Shown here: positions 56,073 through 64,000 of the stretch, one piece after another
Layout: every line of letters begins with the position of its first letter
Numbering within the stretch: position 1 is the stretch's first letter
Origin: an uncultured Ruminococcus sp.
GTDB taxonomy: Bacteria; Bacillota; Clostridia; Oscillospirales; CAG-272
Direction: 5' to 3'
DNA: 64,000 nucleotides
Assembly: GCA_964617165.1 (NCBI GenBank)
Contig: CAZTWE010000001.1
Span: forward strand, 6,510 to 70,509
Notes under the pieces: model-generated
The model's database searches: none
What the model saw: only the letters and a program-made list of their open reading frames with translations
What the model was told of the DNA's origin: nothing
Translations under genes and position numbers: made by a program

Positions 56073-57293
56073 TTACTTTTTATCCGCTATCTCCATGGGA
56101 TAATACTTGGCAAGTCCTCCTACCGAGGTCTCTCTGTAGCCGAGAGGCAGATCGCAACCCGTGTTATACATTGTTTTAACTATGAGATCAAAGGTTATCT
56201 TTCTTGAATCGGAAAGAAAATTAGCAAGCGAAAGTGCGTTGATAGCTCGCATTGCCGCAACGGCATTTCTCTCAATACAAGGTATCTGCACAAGGCCGCA
56301 GATCGGATCGCAGGTCAAGCCCAGATGATGCTCCATTGCCACCTCTGCGGCATATTCTATCTGCCCAAGCCCCATTCCGAAAAGCTCACCGAGGGCGGCG
56401 GCGGCCATAGAGCAAGCCGAGCCTATCTCTGCCTGACATCCGCACTCCGCACCGCTGATAGAGGCATTAGTGCGTATCAGATTTCCTATCAGTGCGGCAG
56501 TTGCCAGTGCATGGAATATCTCTCTGTCGGAAAAGCCGCGGCTATCCTGCATGTATTTCAGCACCGACGGAAGAACTCCGCACGAGCCGCATGTAGGTGC
56601 GGTAACTATAGTTCCGCCTGCCGCATTCTGCTCGCTTACTGCGAAAGCATAAGCCGAAACAAGGCGGTTTTCTCTTGTCTGTGCCGACTCGTCTATATGA
56701 TTTTTCTCGAAAAGAGTTCTCGCCTTACGAGCGGTATCAAGCCCTCCGGGAAGAGTGCCCGTAGCGCAAAGCCCCTCGTGAATAGAGCGTTTCATAATAT
56801 CCCAAACTGCATCGAGATAGTCGTATATATCCTCTCCCTCTTTTTCGACAACGTACTGCCAAAGTCGGATATTACGCCTCTTGCACTCCTCGGCAATCTC
56901 GGAAAAGGTTGATAGCTCATATATATCGGGAGCAGCGGCACTCTTGCCCTCACCCTCTATTTCAATAGAGCCACCTCCAATGCTGTAAAACCTGACACGG
57001 CACAGTGCCTTTCCGTCAACTATGGGGGATATATCCATAGTATTGGGATGCACGGGTGTCTGGGTATTCGTATCGATGATTATTTCCGAGGGGGTAGGAG
57101 CAAGCGTTTCTCTGATTATCCTGTCCGTACCGTGTCCCTCGCCTGTCAGAGCAAGCGAGCCGAAAAGCACTACCGAAAAGCTCTGTGCCTCTGGATATCT
57201 TTCTTTCATAACAAGGCACGCTCTCTCGGGCCCCATTGTATGAGACGAGGACGGACCTCTTCCTATCTTGTATAAGCTTCTGATACTTTCCAT
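56073..57293 (-). CDS. sdaA: L-serine ammonia-lyase, iron-sulfur dependent (single-chain)
   Basis: N-terminus YKIGRGPSSSHTMGP; TAPTCGSCGVLP; GAECGCQAEIGSA; GLTCDPICGLVQIPCIERNA. Confidence 0.88.
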   Translation of the reverse strand: MESIRSLYKIGRGPSSSHTMGPERACLVMKERYPEAQSFSVVLFGSLALTGEGHGTDRIIRETLAPTPSEIIIDTNTQTPVHPNTMDISPIVDGKALCRVRFYSIGGGSIEIEGEGKSAAAPDIYELSTFSEIAEECKRRNIRLWQYVVEKEGEDIYDYLDAVWDIMKRSIHEGLCATGTLPGGLDTARKARTLFEKNHIDESAQTRENRLVSAYAFAVSEQNAAGGTIVTAPTCGSCGVLPSVLKYMQDSRGFSDREIFHALATAALIGNLIRTNASISGAECGCQAEIGSACSMAAAALGELFGMGLGQIEYAAEVAMEHHLGLTCDPICGLVQIPCIERNAVAAMRAINALSLANFLSDSRKITFDLIVKTMYNTGCDLPLGYRETSVGGLAKYYPMEIADKK

Positions 57294-57310
57294 ATATACT
57301 CTCCGAAAAA

Positions 57311-57946
57311 TTATAAATTTTCGTAATCTATTTTTCTGTCGCGGTAATAATACACCTTGTCACGCTCACCGATAGGGCGCAAAGCTCTGCACGGGTTGCC
57401 TACTGCAACTACGTTCGCAGGTATATCCTTCGTAACAACGCTGCCTGCTCCTATAACGGTATTGTCACCTATCGTAACGCCCGGCAATATCACAGCACCC
57501 GCACCTATCCAGCAATTCTTTCCTATATGCACCTCAAGGTTGTACTGATATGCACCCGCCCTGAGCGTTGGGTCTATCGGATGTGCGGCTGTTGCTACAA
57601 CAACGTTCGGAGCAAACATCGTTCCGTCTCCAACGTAGATATGAGCATCATCGACCAACGTCAGGTTAAAATTCGCGTATACGTTATTTCCAAAATGAAC
57701 GTGTTTACCTGCCCAATTTGCGTGTAACGGCGGCTCTATGTAGCACCCCGTGCCGATTTCTGCAAACATTTCACCTAAAAGCTCCTGCCTTTTTCCTTGC
57801 TCGCTCGGGCGCGTGGCATTAAAGTCGTAAAGTTTATCCAAAGCAGCGAGCTGCTCTGCCATAAGCGCCTCTCCGCTCGGGTAATATACCTTACCGCTCC
57901 ACATTCTCTCTTTTATTTCATCAAGGGTCATATTTTTCTCAGCCAT
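57311..57946 (-). CDS. maltose/galactoside O-acetyltransferase-type hexapeptide acetyltransferase
   Basis: Mac-type N-terminal domain (MWSGKVYYP...LYDFNATRP) and hexapeptide repeats IGKNCWIGAGAVILPGVTIGDNTVIGAGSVVTKDIPANVVAVGNPCR. Confidence 0.85.
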   Translation of the reverse strand: MAEKNMTLDEIKERMWSGKVYYPSGEALMAEQLAALDKLYDFNATRPSEQGKRQELLGEMFAEIGTGCYIEPPLHANWAGKHVHFGNNVYANFNLTLVDDAHIYVGDGTMFAPNVVVATAAHPIDPTLRAGAYQYNLEVHIGKNCWIGAGAVILPGVTIGDNTVIGAGSVVTKDIPANVVAVGNPCRALRPIGERDKVYYYRDRKIDYENL

Positions 57947-57969
57947 TCTTCGGTCCTCCGTTTCTTACA

Positions 57970-58818
57970 TCAATCTATCGGGCTGTTTCTGTATTCTCTC
58001 GGTCTTATACCGACTTTTTTGTAAAATACGGTCGAAAAATAATGCTCATCAAAAATACAAAGCTTATCCGCTATTTCCCTTATGGAAAGCTTTGTTTCCT
58101 TCAAGAGTATTTTCGCGCTCTCCATTTTCTGCTCAAGAAGATAATTGTACGGTGTTACACCGTAGCTCTTCTTGAACTCCCTTATCATATTTGATTTTGA
58201 CATATGCAGCTTTTCGGCAAGCTCGTCCAGGTTGATCTTTTTATAAATATACGTGCTTATCAGCCTGCGGATACCGTATTTATCCTCGGTCTCCGACCTT
58301 TCGTTTTCTATTGCCGCCGAGCGTATTATCTTATGTATTCTGTCCGCTATGGAAAATGCGGTATGTTCATCGAGAGAGGAAGCCTTTGTCAGCTTTATAA
58401 GCTCTTCAAAATAAACCTTTACCGATTCTGAATGATATACGCCGCTCTTCACACCGTAGCTTGATAACAGGCTGTCCGTATAATCGGCAACGTAATTCAC
58501 CCACAGCTTTTCCCACGGGTCACTCCTGCTCGCGCGGTAATCGTGCGCCTCACCGCACCGCAGAATGTAAAAATCTCCTGCCCGAACGCTCTGCCACGCA
58601 CCGTCCACCAGCACCTCACCCTCGCCTGAGATTACGTACTCGAAGAGCGTTATTCTGGACGGTTCTCTTGACACGCAATAATCCGCATCGGGATAGGTTA
58701 TTCCAACGGCTGCGCTGCTGAATGGGATTCTATTATGCGGAACAAATACGTATGCTTTTTCCTTTACGGGATACTTAACGGGATATTCCTTTACATCTAT
58801 GCTTTTATTGTTACTCAT
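57970..58818 (-). CDS. AraC-family transcriptional regulator (cupin + HTH)
   Basis: Cupin region (GEGEVLVDGAWQSVRAGDFYIL) and AraC HTH (LSIREIADKLCIFDEHYFSTVFYKKVGIRPREYR). Confidence 0.85.
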   Translation of the reverse strand: MSNNKSIDVKEYPVKYPVKEKAYVFVPHNRIPFSSAAVGITYPDADYCVSREPSRITLFEYVISGEGEVLVDGAWQSVRAGDFYILRCGEAHDYRASRSDPWEKLWVNYVADYTDSLLSSYGVKSGVYHSESVKVYFEELIKLTKASSLDEHTAFSIADRIHKIIRSAAIENERSETEDKYGIRRLISTYIYKKINLDELAEKLHMSKSNMIREFKKSYGVTPYNYLLEQKMESAKILLKETKLSIREIADKLCIFDEHYFSTVFYKKVGIRPREYRNSPID

Positions 58819-58915
58819 ATCTCACCGTTTGAAAAAAAGTTGTTTTTATAAGTATAATACAAACCGAAAATAATATCAATAGCTTTTCGTGAATTTATTT
58901 TTTTGGCGAGAAGTG

Positions 58916-58944
58916 TTGACAAAGGCATAAAAAGCTTTTATAAT
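58916..58944 (+). promoter_or_regulatory. perfect consensus sigmaA promoter
   Basis: TTGACA (58916-58921), 17 nt, TATAAT (58939-58944). Confidence 0.65.
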
Positions 58945-58979
58945 ATATTTTATTATCATATTGCAAGTGAGGCATAAAA

Positions 58980-60215
58980 ATGAATAAAAAGAACAGAAAA
59001 AAGCAAGGAAAGGTGAAAAAGTCCGTTATATCCGGTAAAGCATTGATAGCTATCATTGCGGTGTCGGTCATTTTGCTCGCAGCCGTGATAACCACCGTTA
59101 TACTTGTAACTCGCGGCAATGACGGAAGCGCAGGCTGGCAAGAGGTAGCTGCCTCAGACGTAGACAAAGATTTTTCCGAGCGTTTTATACTGAATTATGA
59201 CGTGGACGAGAAAAACGGTGCCGATTATGATACCATATCAAAACTTTACGGCAGTGAGCTCTCGCGCCTTTATTCCATATTTTACGATACATCCGACGAA
59301 ATGGATATCAAGGGGCTGAGCTACCTCAATGCACGCGTAGGCCTTGTAACGGAGGTAGAGCCTGAGCTGTACCATGCATTTGAGCTTTGCTCAAATCACG
59401 GTGACAGACTCTTTACTCTCGGTCCTGTATTCGAATACTACAACAAAATATTTGAATCACCGCGTGATTCCGCGGCGGCTCTTTACGATCCCCACAAAAA
59501 TTCGAATTCGGAAAATATATGCATGCAGCTGCTGAGCTATGCATCAGACGATAACTTTATCCGTGTCGAGCTCTACGGTGAGAACCGTGTTCTGATAAAC
59601 GTCTCAAGCGAGTACTCGGAGCTGATGAGCGATCTGCGCCTGAAATCTTACGTTGGCTTCGGATGGCTTACCGATGCTTTCATTGTGGACGAAATAGCGG
59701 ATGCATTTACAAGCGAGGGCTATACGCACGGCTCTATTTCCTCTTACGATGGATTTATAAGGAACATGACTACCGACAACTCCGACTATTCCTTCGGACT
59801 TTACGACCTTTACAGAGATAACGTATATCTTGCCGCATCCATCAGCTACAAGGGTGCGCTTTCAACCGTAAATTACAAAAAATTTTCCATGAACGATATC
59901 GACGGAAAGTATCTGTATTCCTACGGTGGAGGAGACGTTGCACACCGATACGTTGACGCAGAGACCGGAAAATATCTTGCCGCATGCGACAGTATGCTCT
60001 TCCACGCAAAAGAGATGGGATGTGCCGACCTTGCGCTCTCGACGTATTCACAATACGTACGCGAGGTTGAGGATAAGGAAGCTATATCGGAGCTTCTTGA
60101 GCTTGGCATCGGTGCCGTATACTGTGACGGAACAAACATCATACACACGTCTGACGACATATCAATTCACGATCTTTATTCCTCGGACAGCGTAAATTAC
60201 ACCGTTACAAAATAA
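58980..60215 (+). CDS. membrane-anchored, divergent ApbE-like (FAD:protein FMN transferase family) protein
   Basis: Basic N-terminus plus one TM helix. Weak ApbE-like landmarks: ELSRLYSIF, VEPELYHAFELC, LFTLGPVFEYYNKIF, HRYVDAETGKYL, CADLALSTY. Confidence 0.35.
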   Translation: MNKKNRKKQGKVKKSVISGKALIAIIAVSVILLAAVITTVILVTRGNDGSAGWQEVAASDVDKDFSERFILNYDVDEKNGADYDTISKLYGSELSRLYSIFYDTSDEMDIKGLSYLNARVGLVTEVEPELYHAFELCSNHGDRLFTLGPVFEYYNKIFESPRDSAAALYDPHKNSNSENICMQLLSYASDDNFIRVELYGENRVLINVSSEYSELMSDLRLKSYVGFGWLTDAFIVDEIADAFTSEGYTHGSISSYDGFIRNMTTDNSDYSFGLYDLYRDNVYLAASISYKGALSTVNYKKFSMNDIDGKYLYSYGGGDVAHRYVDAETGKYLAACDSMLFHAKEMGCADLALSTYSQYVREVEDKEAISELLELGIGAVYCDGTNIIHTSDDISIHDLYSSDSVNYTVTK

Positions 60216-60285
60216 ATCCGAGTGATTAAAAAGGGACTCTTGCGGTAAGAATAATAGCATATAAACCGAACGTGAGGTATATGCT

Positions 60286-61536
60286 ATGAATTTCAATCCA
60301 TTTGAAGAGAAAACAAAAGACATCGAGCACGTTATTATGAGCTGGCAGGATATCTTTGTCAAGCCATACAACAAAAACGAGGTATCACCCTACACAAAAA
60401 CCCGATGCATTCTTATGAACGGCACGGAATATGAGGCGGTCTGGTGCAAGCATCACTTCAACCGCCACTACACCGATAACGATGCGAGGCGCGAGGTTGC
60501 AATGCTCCGCCGCAGCGAGCAGCAACAGCAAAAGCTCATTTCCCTTTTGAAGCCTACCGATGAAACGCTCCTTGAAACTACCATATCATACGAGCAGCTT
60601 GCAGTCGATCTTACGGCATTCTTAGCGAAGCGGGCAAAGAACGAAAACCTCAAAAAAACTCTTGATTTTGCTCTTCTTGAGGACTTTGACCATCTTTACA
60701 GATACGCCAATCTGCTTGAAACGGACATGGGAATACACGCTGAGAGATTGGTTGGCGGCTATACCGAAATAACACCCGGCAGACCTACTATCGCGCATCA
60801 CCGCCACCCCTATGATACGGTAAAGCCTGCGTTCACCGCAGCGGATGAGCTTACCGCCAAGCTTGACGTGGGCATAATCACGGCAGCCGAGCAGCAAACG
60901 ATGAACTACTATATGAACATCGGAGCGTTCTATGAAAATCAGCACGGCAGGGAGCTTTATGCGGATATAGCTATGGTTGAGGAGGATCACGTATCCCAAT
61001 ACGGCTCGCTTATGGACACAAAGGCAACTGTGTTTGAAAATCTGCTGCTTCACGAATACACCGAATGTTATCTGTATTATTCCATGTATCACGATGAGAC
61101 CGACGAGAGAATAAAACAACTGTGGGAAATGCTGACGTATCAGGAAATAGCGCATCTGCACGTTGCCGAGCAGCTGCTCGGTAAATACGAGGGCAAATCC
61201 CGCGAAGAGGTAATTCCCGGCGGCTCTTTCCCCGAGCTGCTGAAGCTTCATGAAAACGTTGATTACGTAAGAGGTATTCTTGAATCAACCGTTCGCAATA
61301 CTGCCGATCGCGAGGGCTTTATCGCGGTAGATAAGCTACCCGACGGTGCCGATTTCTTTAAGTATCAAAAGGCTGTGAACGCACCGCCCGAGCAAGAGCG
61401 AGGGCATACTGTGATAGTGTCGCACGTTGAAAAATACGGTACCGACTACCGCTATGAGAAAAAAGAAAATCCCGTACCTGCGCTAAGATGCCGCACTGAG
61501 GATAACTATACCTTAGGCATATCGAAAGGAGAGTAA
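60286..61536 (+). CDS. ferritin-like (di-iron carboxylate four-helix-bundle) protein of unknown function
   Basis: Repeated E...(E/D)xxH pairs: EYEAV / LEDFDHLY, AAEQQ / VEEDHVSQY, HEYTECY / YQEIAHLH. Confidence 0.5.
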   Translation: MNFNPFEEKTKDIEHVIMSWQDIFVKPYNKNEVSPYTKTRCILMNGTEYEAVWCKHHFNRHYTDNDARREVAMLRRSEQQQQKLISLLKPTDETLLETTISYEQLAVDLTAFLAKRAKNENLKKTLDFALLEDFDHLYRYANLLETDMGIHAERLVGGYTEITPGRPTIAHHRHPYDTVKPAFTAADELTAKLDVGIITAAEQQTMNYYMNIGAFYENQHGRELYADIAMVEEDHVSQYGSLMDTKATVFENLLLHEYTECYLYYSMYHDETDERIKQLWEMLTYQEIAHLHVAEQLLGKYEGKSREEVIPGGSFPELLKLHENVDYVRGILESTVRNTADREGFIAVDKLPDGADFFKYQKAVNAPPEQERGHTVIVSHVEKYGTDYRYEKKENPVPALRCRTEDNYTLGISKGE

Positions 61537-61539
61537 GGG

Positions 61540-61923
61540 ATGAAGCATTTTAACTGTAAAAGCTGCGGTAATCTTATCGCAATGATAAATAACAGTGGAA
61601 ACCGCGTATCCTGCTGCGATAAATCCATGGACGAGGTCGTACCTAAATTTGATGATAGCGGCAAAGAAAAGCACGCACCGCAAATACACGTTGAAAACGG
61701 CACGGTCAGGATAACGGTAGGGTCTGCCGATAATATGCATCCAATGGAAAACGAGCACGGAATAGCATGGGTATGCCTTGTTACCACAGGCGGAACGCAA
61801 AGAAAAATGCTTCTGCCGAACGGAAAGTCAGAGGCTGTTTTCCACATTGGAAAGGACGAAAGAGTTGTCAGCGCATTTGCATACTGTAATCTTCACGGAC
61901 TGTGGGTAACAGAGTGTAAATAA
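61540..61923 (+). CDS. dfx: desulfoferrodoxin (2Fe superoxide reductase)
   Basis: N-terminal desulforedoxin-like CxxC...CC (CKSCGN...SCCDK). SOR centre ligands EKHAPQ, HPMENEHGI, CNLHGLW. Start is 3 nt after the upstream stop. Confidence 0.9.
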   Translation: MKHFNCKSCGNLIAMINNSGNRVSCCDKSMDEVVPKFDDSGKEKHAPQIHVENGTVRITVGSADNMHPMENEHGIAWVCLVTTGGTQRKMLLPNGKSEAVFHIGKDERVVSAFAYCNLHGLWVTECK

Positions 61924-61956
61924 GAAATTTTATAACATTAGTTTACTTTTTCAAGC

Positions 61957-61990
61957 AAAAACAGGTTGAAATACAATCAACCTGTTTTTT
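61957..61990. terminator. bidirectional rho-independent terminator
   Basis: AAAAACAGGTTGA (61957-61969) pairs with TCAACCTGTTTTTT (61977-61990). It lies between convergent genes. Confidence 0.75.
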
Positions 61991-61996
61991 ATAATA

Positions 61997-63307
61997 TTAT
62001 AAATCCACGTTCACTACAAGAACGCTAGCCTTGCCGATGATCTTAGGGACGCGAGAGCCGCAGGGCGAAAGATTTCTGCCCTCGTCAATGATCTTACATT
62101 CGAATACCTCGCCCTCAAAATCAAGCTCAAGTGCAACGTCCTCATCCGTAGGATTGGTTATCATTATCGCACCGTGACGCTCATTCCTTGCGGCACAAAT
62201 ATAGAGTCCATCGGAATTTTTTACATCTACGCGGCACTCGTCCCCGAGCCTGTAAAGCTCGTTGAACGCCATAAAGGAGTAGTACGTTGGCAGCGGAAGC
62301 TGAGTCATCGGATTAAACATTCCGCCGTAAATACTGACCCCCATACGCGCATCATAGAACATCGCGCTGTCAACAGGCTCCTCTTGACATATAATAAGGA
62401 TCGAGCCGCACAGTGCCGCATGCTTGGCAGTTCCGCGAAGCGTTGGCTGTGAGTTCCACTCGGTAAGAGAGGTTACCGTATCGGTATACCCTGCTTCATC
62501 AAGGCGGCATCTTGCATATCTTGCATAGGCTCTGACGTTCTCCACGTCACCGGCATAGGTGTGCCATGAGAAGAAGTCAAAGGGGGAGCCGTGCTCCTTT
62601 ATGTAATTTATGAAGCCGTTGAAGAATTCGATAAAATATTCGTGGCGCGGTGAGCAATTACCCGAGTTCTGCTTTGTCTCGGTAATAGCATAAAATCCGC
62701 AGCTCGCATATCCGCCTATCATGAGGTGGGGGAAGCACTTTTTCAGGTGCTTTGCCGTAACGTCATAAAGCTCATAGTATTCCTCTTTCGTGCCTGCCCA
62801 TCCGTTATTATCGGGATACGTCTCGTAATTGTCGGGCTCGTTCCATATTTCCCAATACTTTATATCAAAATAATATCCGTCAGCCCAGCCCTCCGTATAA
62901 TGGCGTATAACGCCCTCGCATATCTGTGCCCATTTCATAGGATTCTTGGGCGGAAAAACGTGATACCCTTTGATAGCCGTATAGTTTTCAAACGTAACAC
63001 CGAGTCTCCAGAACGGCTCAACGCCGGCATCGACAAGACCCTTTACCAAAACGTCTGCAAATGCAAAATCATAAGAGCTTTCATCATACGGATCAGCATC
63101 GAAATCGGGGAACATACCCGGAATATCAACAGGATTGCAGTGCGCAGTCATGATCAAAAAGTCGTGGAGCCTTGAATAAGGTATGCCGGCTTCAGTAAGA
63201 TACTTGAAATTATGAGTATGGAGGTTGTGAGTAGGCGCCTGACCTACACCGTGCACCGGCTTCATTTTTCCCGTTACGTCATCAAACCGAATATTAAACT
63301 CTGCCAT
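61997..63307 (-). CDS. clan GH-A TIM-barrel glycoside hydrolase (GH39-like)
   Basis: YWEIWNEPD (acid/base NEP) and SLTEWN (nucleophile region). Start set to ATG 63307 (MAEFNIRF) with GGAGG 8 nt upstream. Confidence 0.6.
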   Translation of the reverse strand: MAEFNIRFDDVTGKMKPVHGVGQAPTHNLHTHNFKYLTEAGIPYSRLHDFLIMTAHCNPVDIPGMFPDFDADPYDESSYDFAFADVLVKGLVDAGVEPFWRLGVTFENYTAIKGYHVFPPKNPMKWAQICEGVIRHYTEGWADGYYFDIKYWEIWNEPDNYETYPDNNGWAGTKEEYYELYDVTAKHLKKCFPHLMIGGYASCGFYAITETKQNSGNCSPRHEYFIEFFNGFINYIKEHGSPFDFFSWHTYAGDVENVRAYARYARCRLDEAGYTDTVTSLTEWNSQPTLRGTAKHAALCGSILIICQEEPVDSAMFYDARMGVSIYGGMFNPMTQLPLPTYYSFMAFNELYRLGDECRVDVKNSDGLYICAARNERHGAIMITNPTDEDVALELDFEGEVFECKIIDEGRNLSPCGSRVPKIIGKASVLVVNVDL

Positions 63308-63323
63308 TGTTATTCCTCCTACG

Positions 63324-64000
63324 TCAAAGCTCAACTATTTTAATCAAATAAGTGGAATGAAGCGGCATGGTGATGTACGCTGAGAATTCCTCTGCGGTAA
63401 ATATCTCTTCTCTTATAAGCTTGCAATCGTTGTCCTTATCGTTAATATAGTATTCAACGCGTACACCGTTTTTGGAAGTAACGTTTTTGAACGTTACCTT
63501 AACGTCCTTTTTGGCTGCGGCATTATCGTCATCATTATAATACGTGAGCATTGCGGCAGTATCGGTTCCCGAGGCAGCACAAACCCACACGTCACTGTCA
63601 GCGTCAACCTCGCTTGCAACCTGCGCGGTGTTTACGTAAAGCTGATTGAACATGTAGAACGGATAGTAGCCTTTAAGTATGATGCTTACCATATCGGTGC
63701 AGAACATACCGTTCATTCCGCCCGGGCGCGCATCATAGTACATAAGATTGTCAAGCGGCTCGCTCTGGCTCATCAGCATTGTAGCGGCAATAAATGCGGC
63801 ACCCTTTTCATTTTTCATCTGGCGTAGCGAATACAACCAATCGTCGCTTTCCCAGCCTCTTACGTAGTTCCACTCGTTGAGAATGCTCTCGCACTCGGTA
63901 AGTCCGTTTTTGTCAAGTATCTCACGCACAAAGCGTATCTGGCGGCGCATCTTTTCAATAGTTGAGCCGTATACGTGCCATGATACGAAGTCGGGCTTTA
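63324..64000 (-). CDS. paralogous GH39-like hydrolase, C-terminal part (5' end beyond the window)
   Basis: The frame is open to nt 64000. The upstream translation ...KPDFVSWHVYGSTIEKMRRQIRFVREILDKNGLTECESILNEWN aligns with ...FDFFSWHTYAGDVENVRAYARYARCRLDEAGYTDTVTSLTEWN of the neighbouring gene. Confidence 0.6.
   Translation of the reverse strand, partial: KPDFVSWHVYGSTIEKMRRQIRFVREILDKNGLTECESILNEWNYVRGWESDDWLYSLRQMKNEKGAAFIAATMLMSQSEPLDNLMYYDARPGGMNGMFCTDMVSIILKGYYPFYMFNQLYVNTAQVASEVDADSDVWVCAASGTDTAAMLTYYNDDDNAAAKKDVKVTFKNVTSKNGVRVEYYINDKDNDCKLIREEIFTAEEFSAYITMPLHSTYLIKIVEL

Noticed and set aside
1-64000. Search for CRISPR arrays, tRNA/rRNA genes, IS elements and prophage genes.
   Set aside because: I recognised no regularly spaced direct repeats, no tRNA-like GTTCGAATC/T-loop contexts, no rRNA-like segments, and no transposase, integrase or phage structural ORFs. 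This is a manual scan, so small elements could have been missed.

Overview
This 64-kb chromosomal window looks like a Firmicutes/Clostridia-type anaerobe. That is an inference from pth-mfd synteny, a T-box-controlled thrS, many near-consensus sigmaA promoters, desulfoferrodoxin, a fakB/fakA pair and csoR-copA. I support about 52 protein-coding genes. I found no rRNA, tRNA, CRISPR array, transposase or integrase.

Layout:
- 1-9.1 kb: sugar-utilisation genes with AraC/DeoR regulators (G1P-dehydrogenase-like plus HAD, DMT transporter, GH36, BNR protein).
- 9.2-27.5 kb, all on the minus strand: a 17-gene Wzx/Wzy-type polysaccharide (EPS/capsule) locus.
- 28-31 kb: a DeoR-controlled dehydrogenase/1-phosphofructokinase pair.
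- 31-35 kb: marR-fakB-fakA.
- 36-39 kb: csoR-copA.
- 41-47 kb: pth-mfd.
- 47-52 kb: a ThyX-like gene, then an EEP/GH2/YgjV/ROK block.
- 52.7-54.7 kb: T-box thrS.
- 55-59 kb: a catabolic block.
- 60-62 kb: a ferritin-like/superoxide-reductase operon.
- 62-64 kb: tandem GH-A hydrolase paralogs.

Most interesting observations:
1. The EPS locus has an AT-rich central cassette. It holds an ATP-grasp amidoligase 2 nt upstream of an alanine racemase, which predicts a D-alanyl-amidated sugar.
2. The same locus has a decayed O-acyl modification module.
3. A 277-nt nested-palindrome element abuts the ribosome-binding site of the first EPS gene.
4. An unexplained hairpin-dense intergenic region with a repeated GATGAAATC motif lies downstream of thrS.

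All coordinates for hairpins, promoters and revised starts were derived by hand from the printed sequence. Family assignments rest on motif recognition, not database searches.
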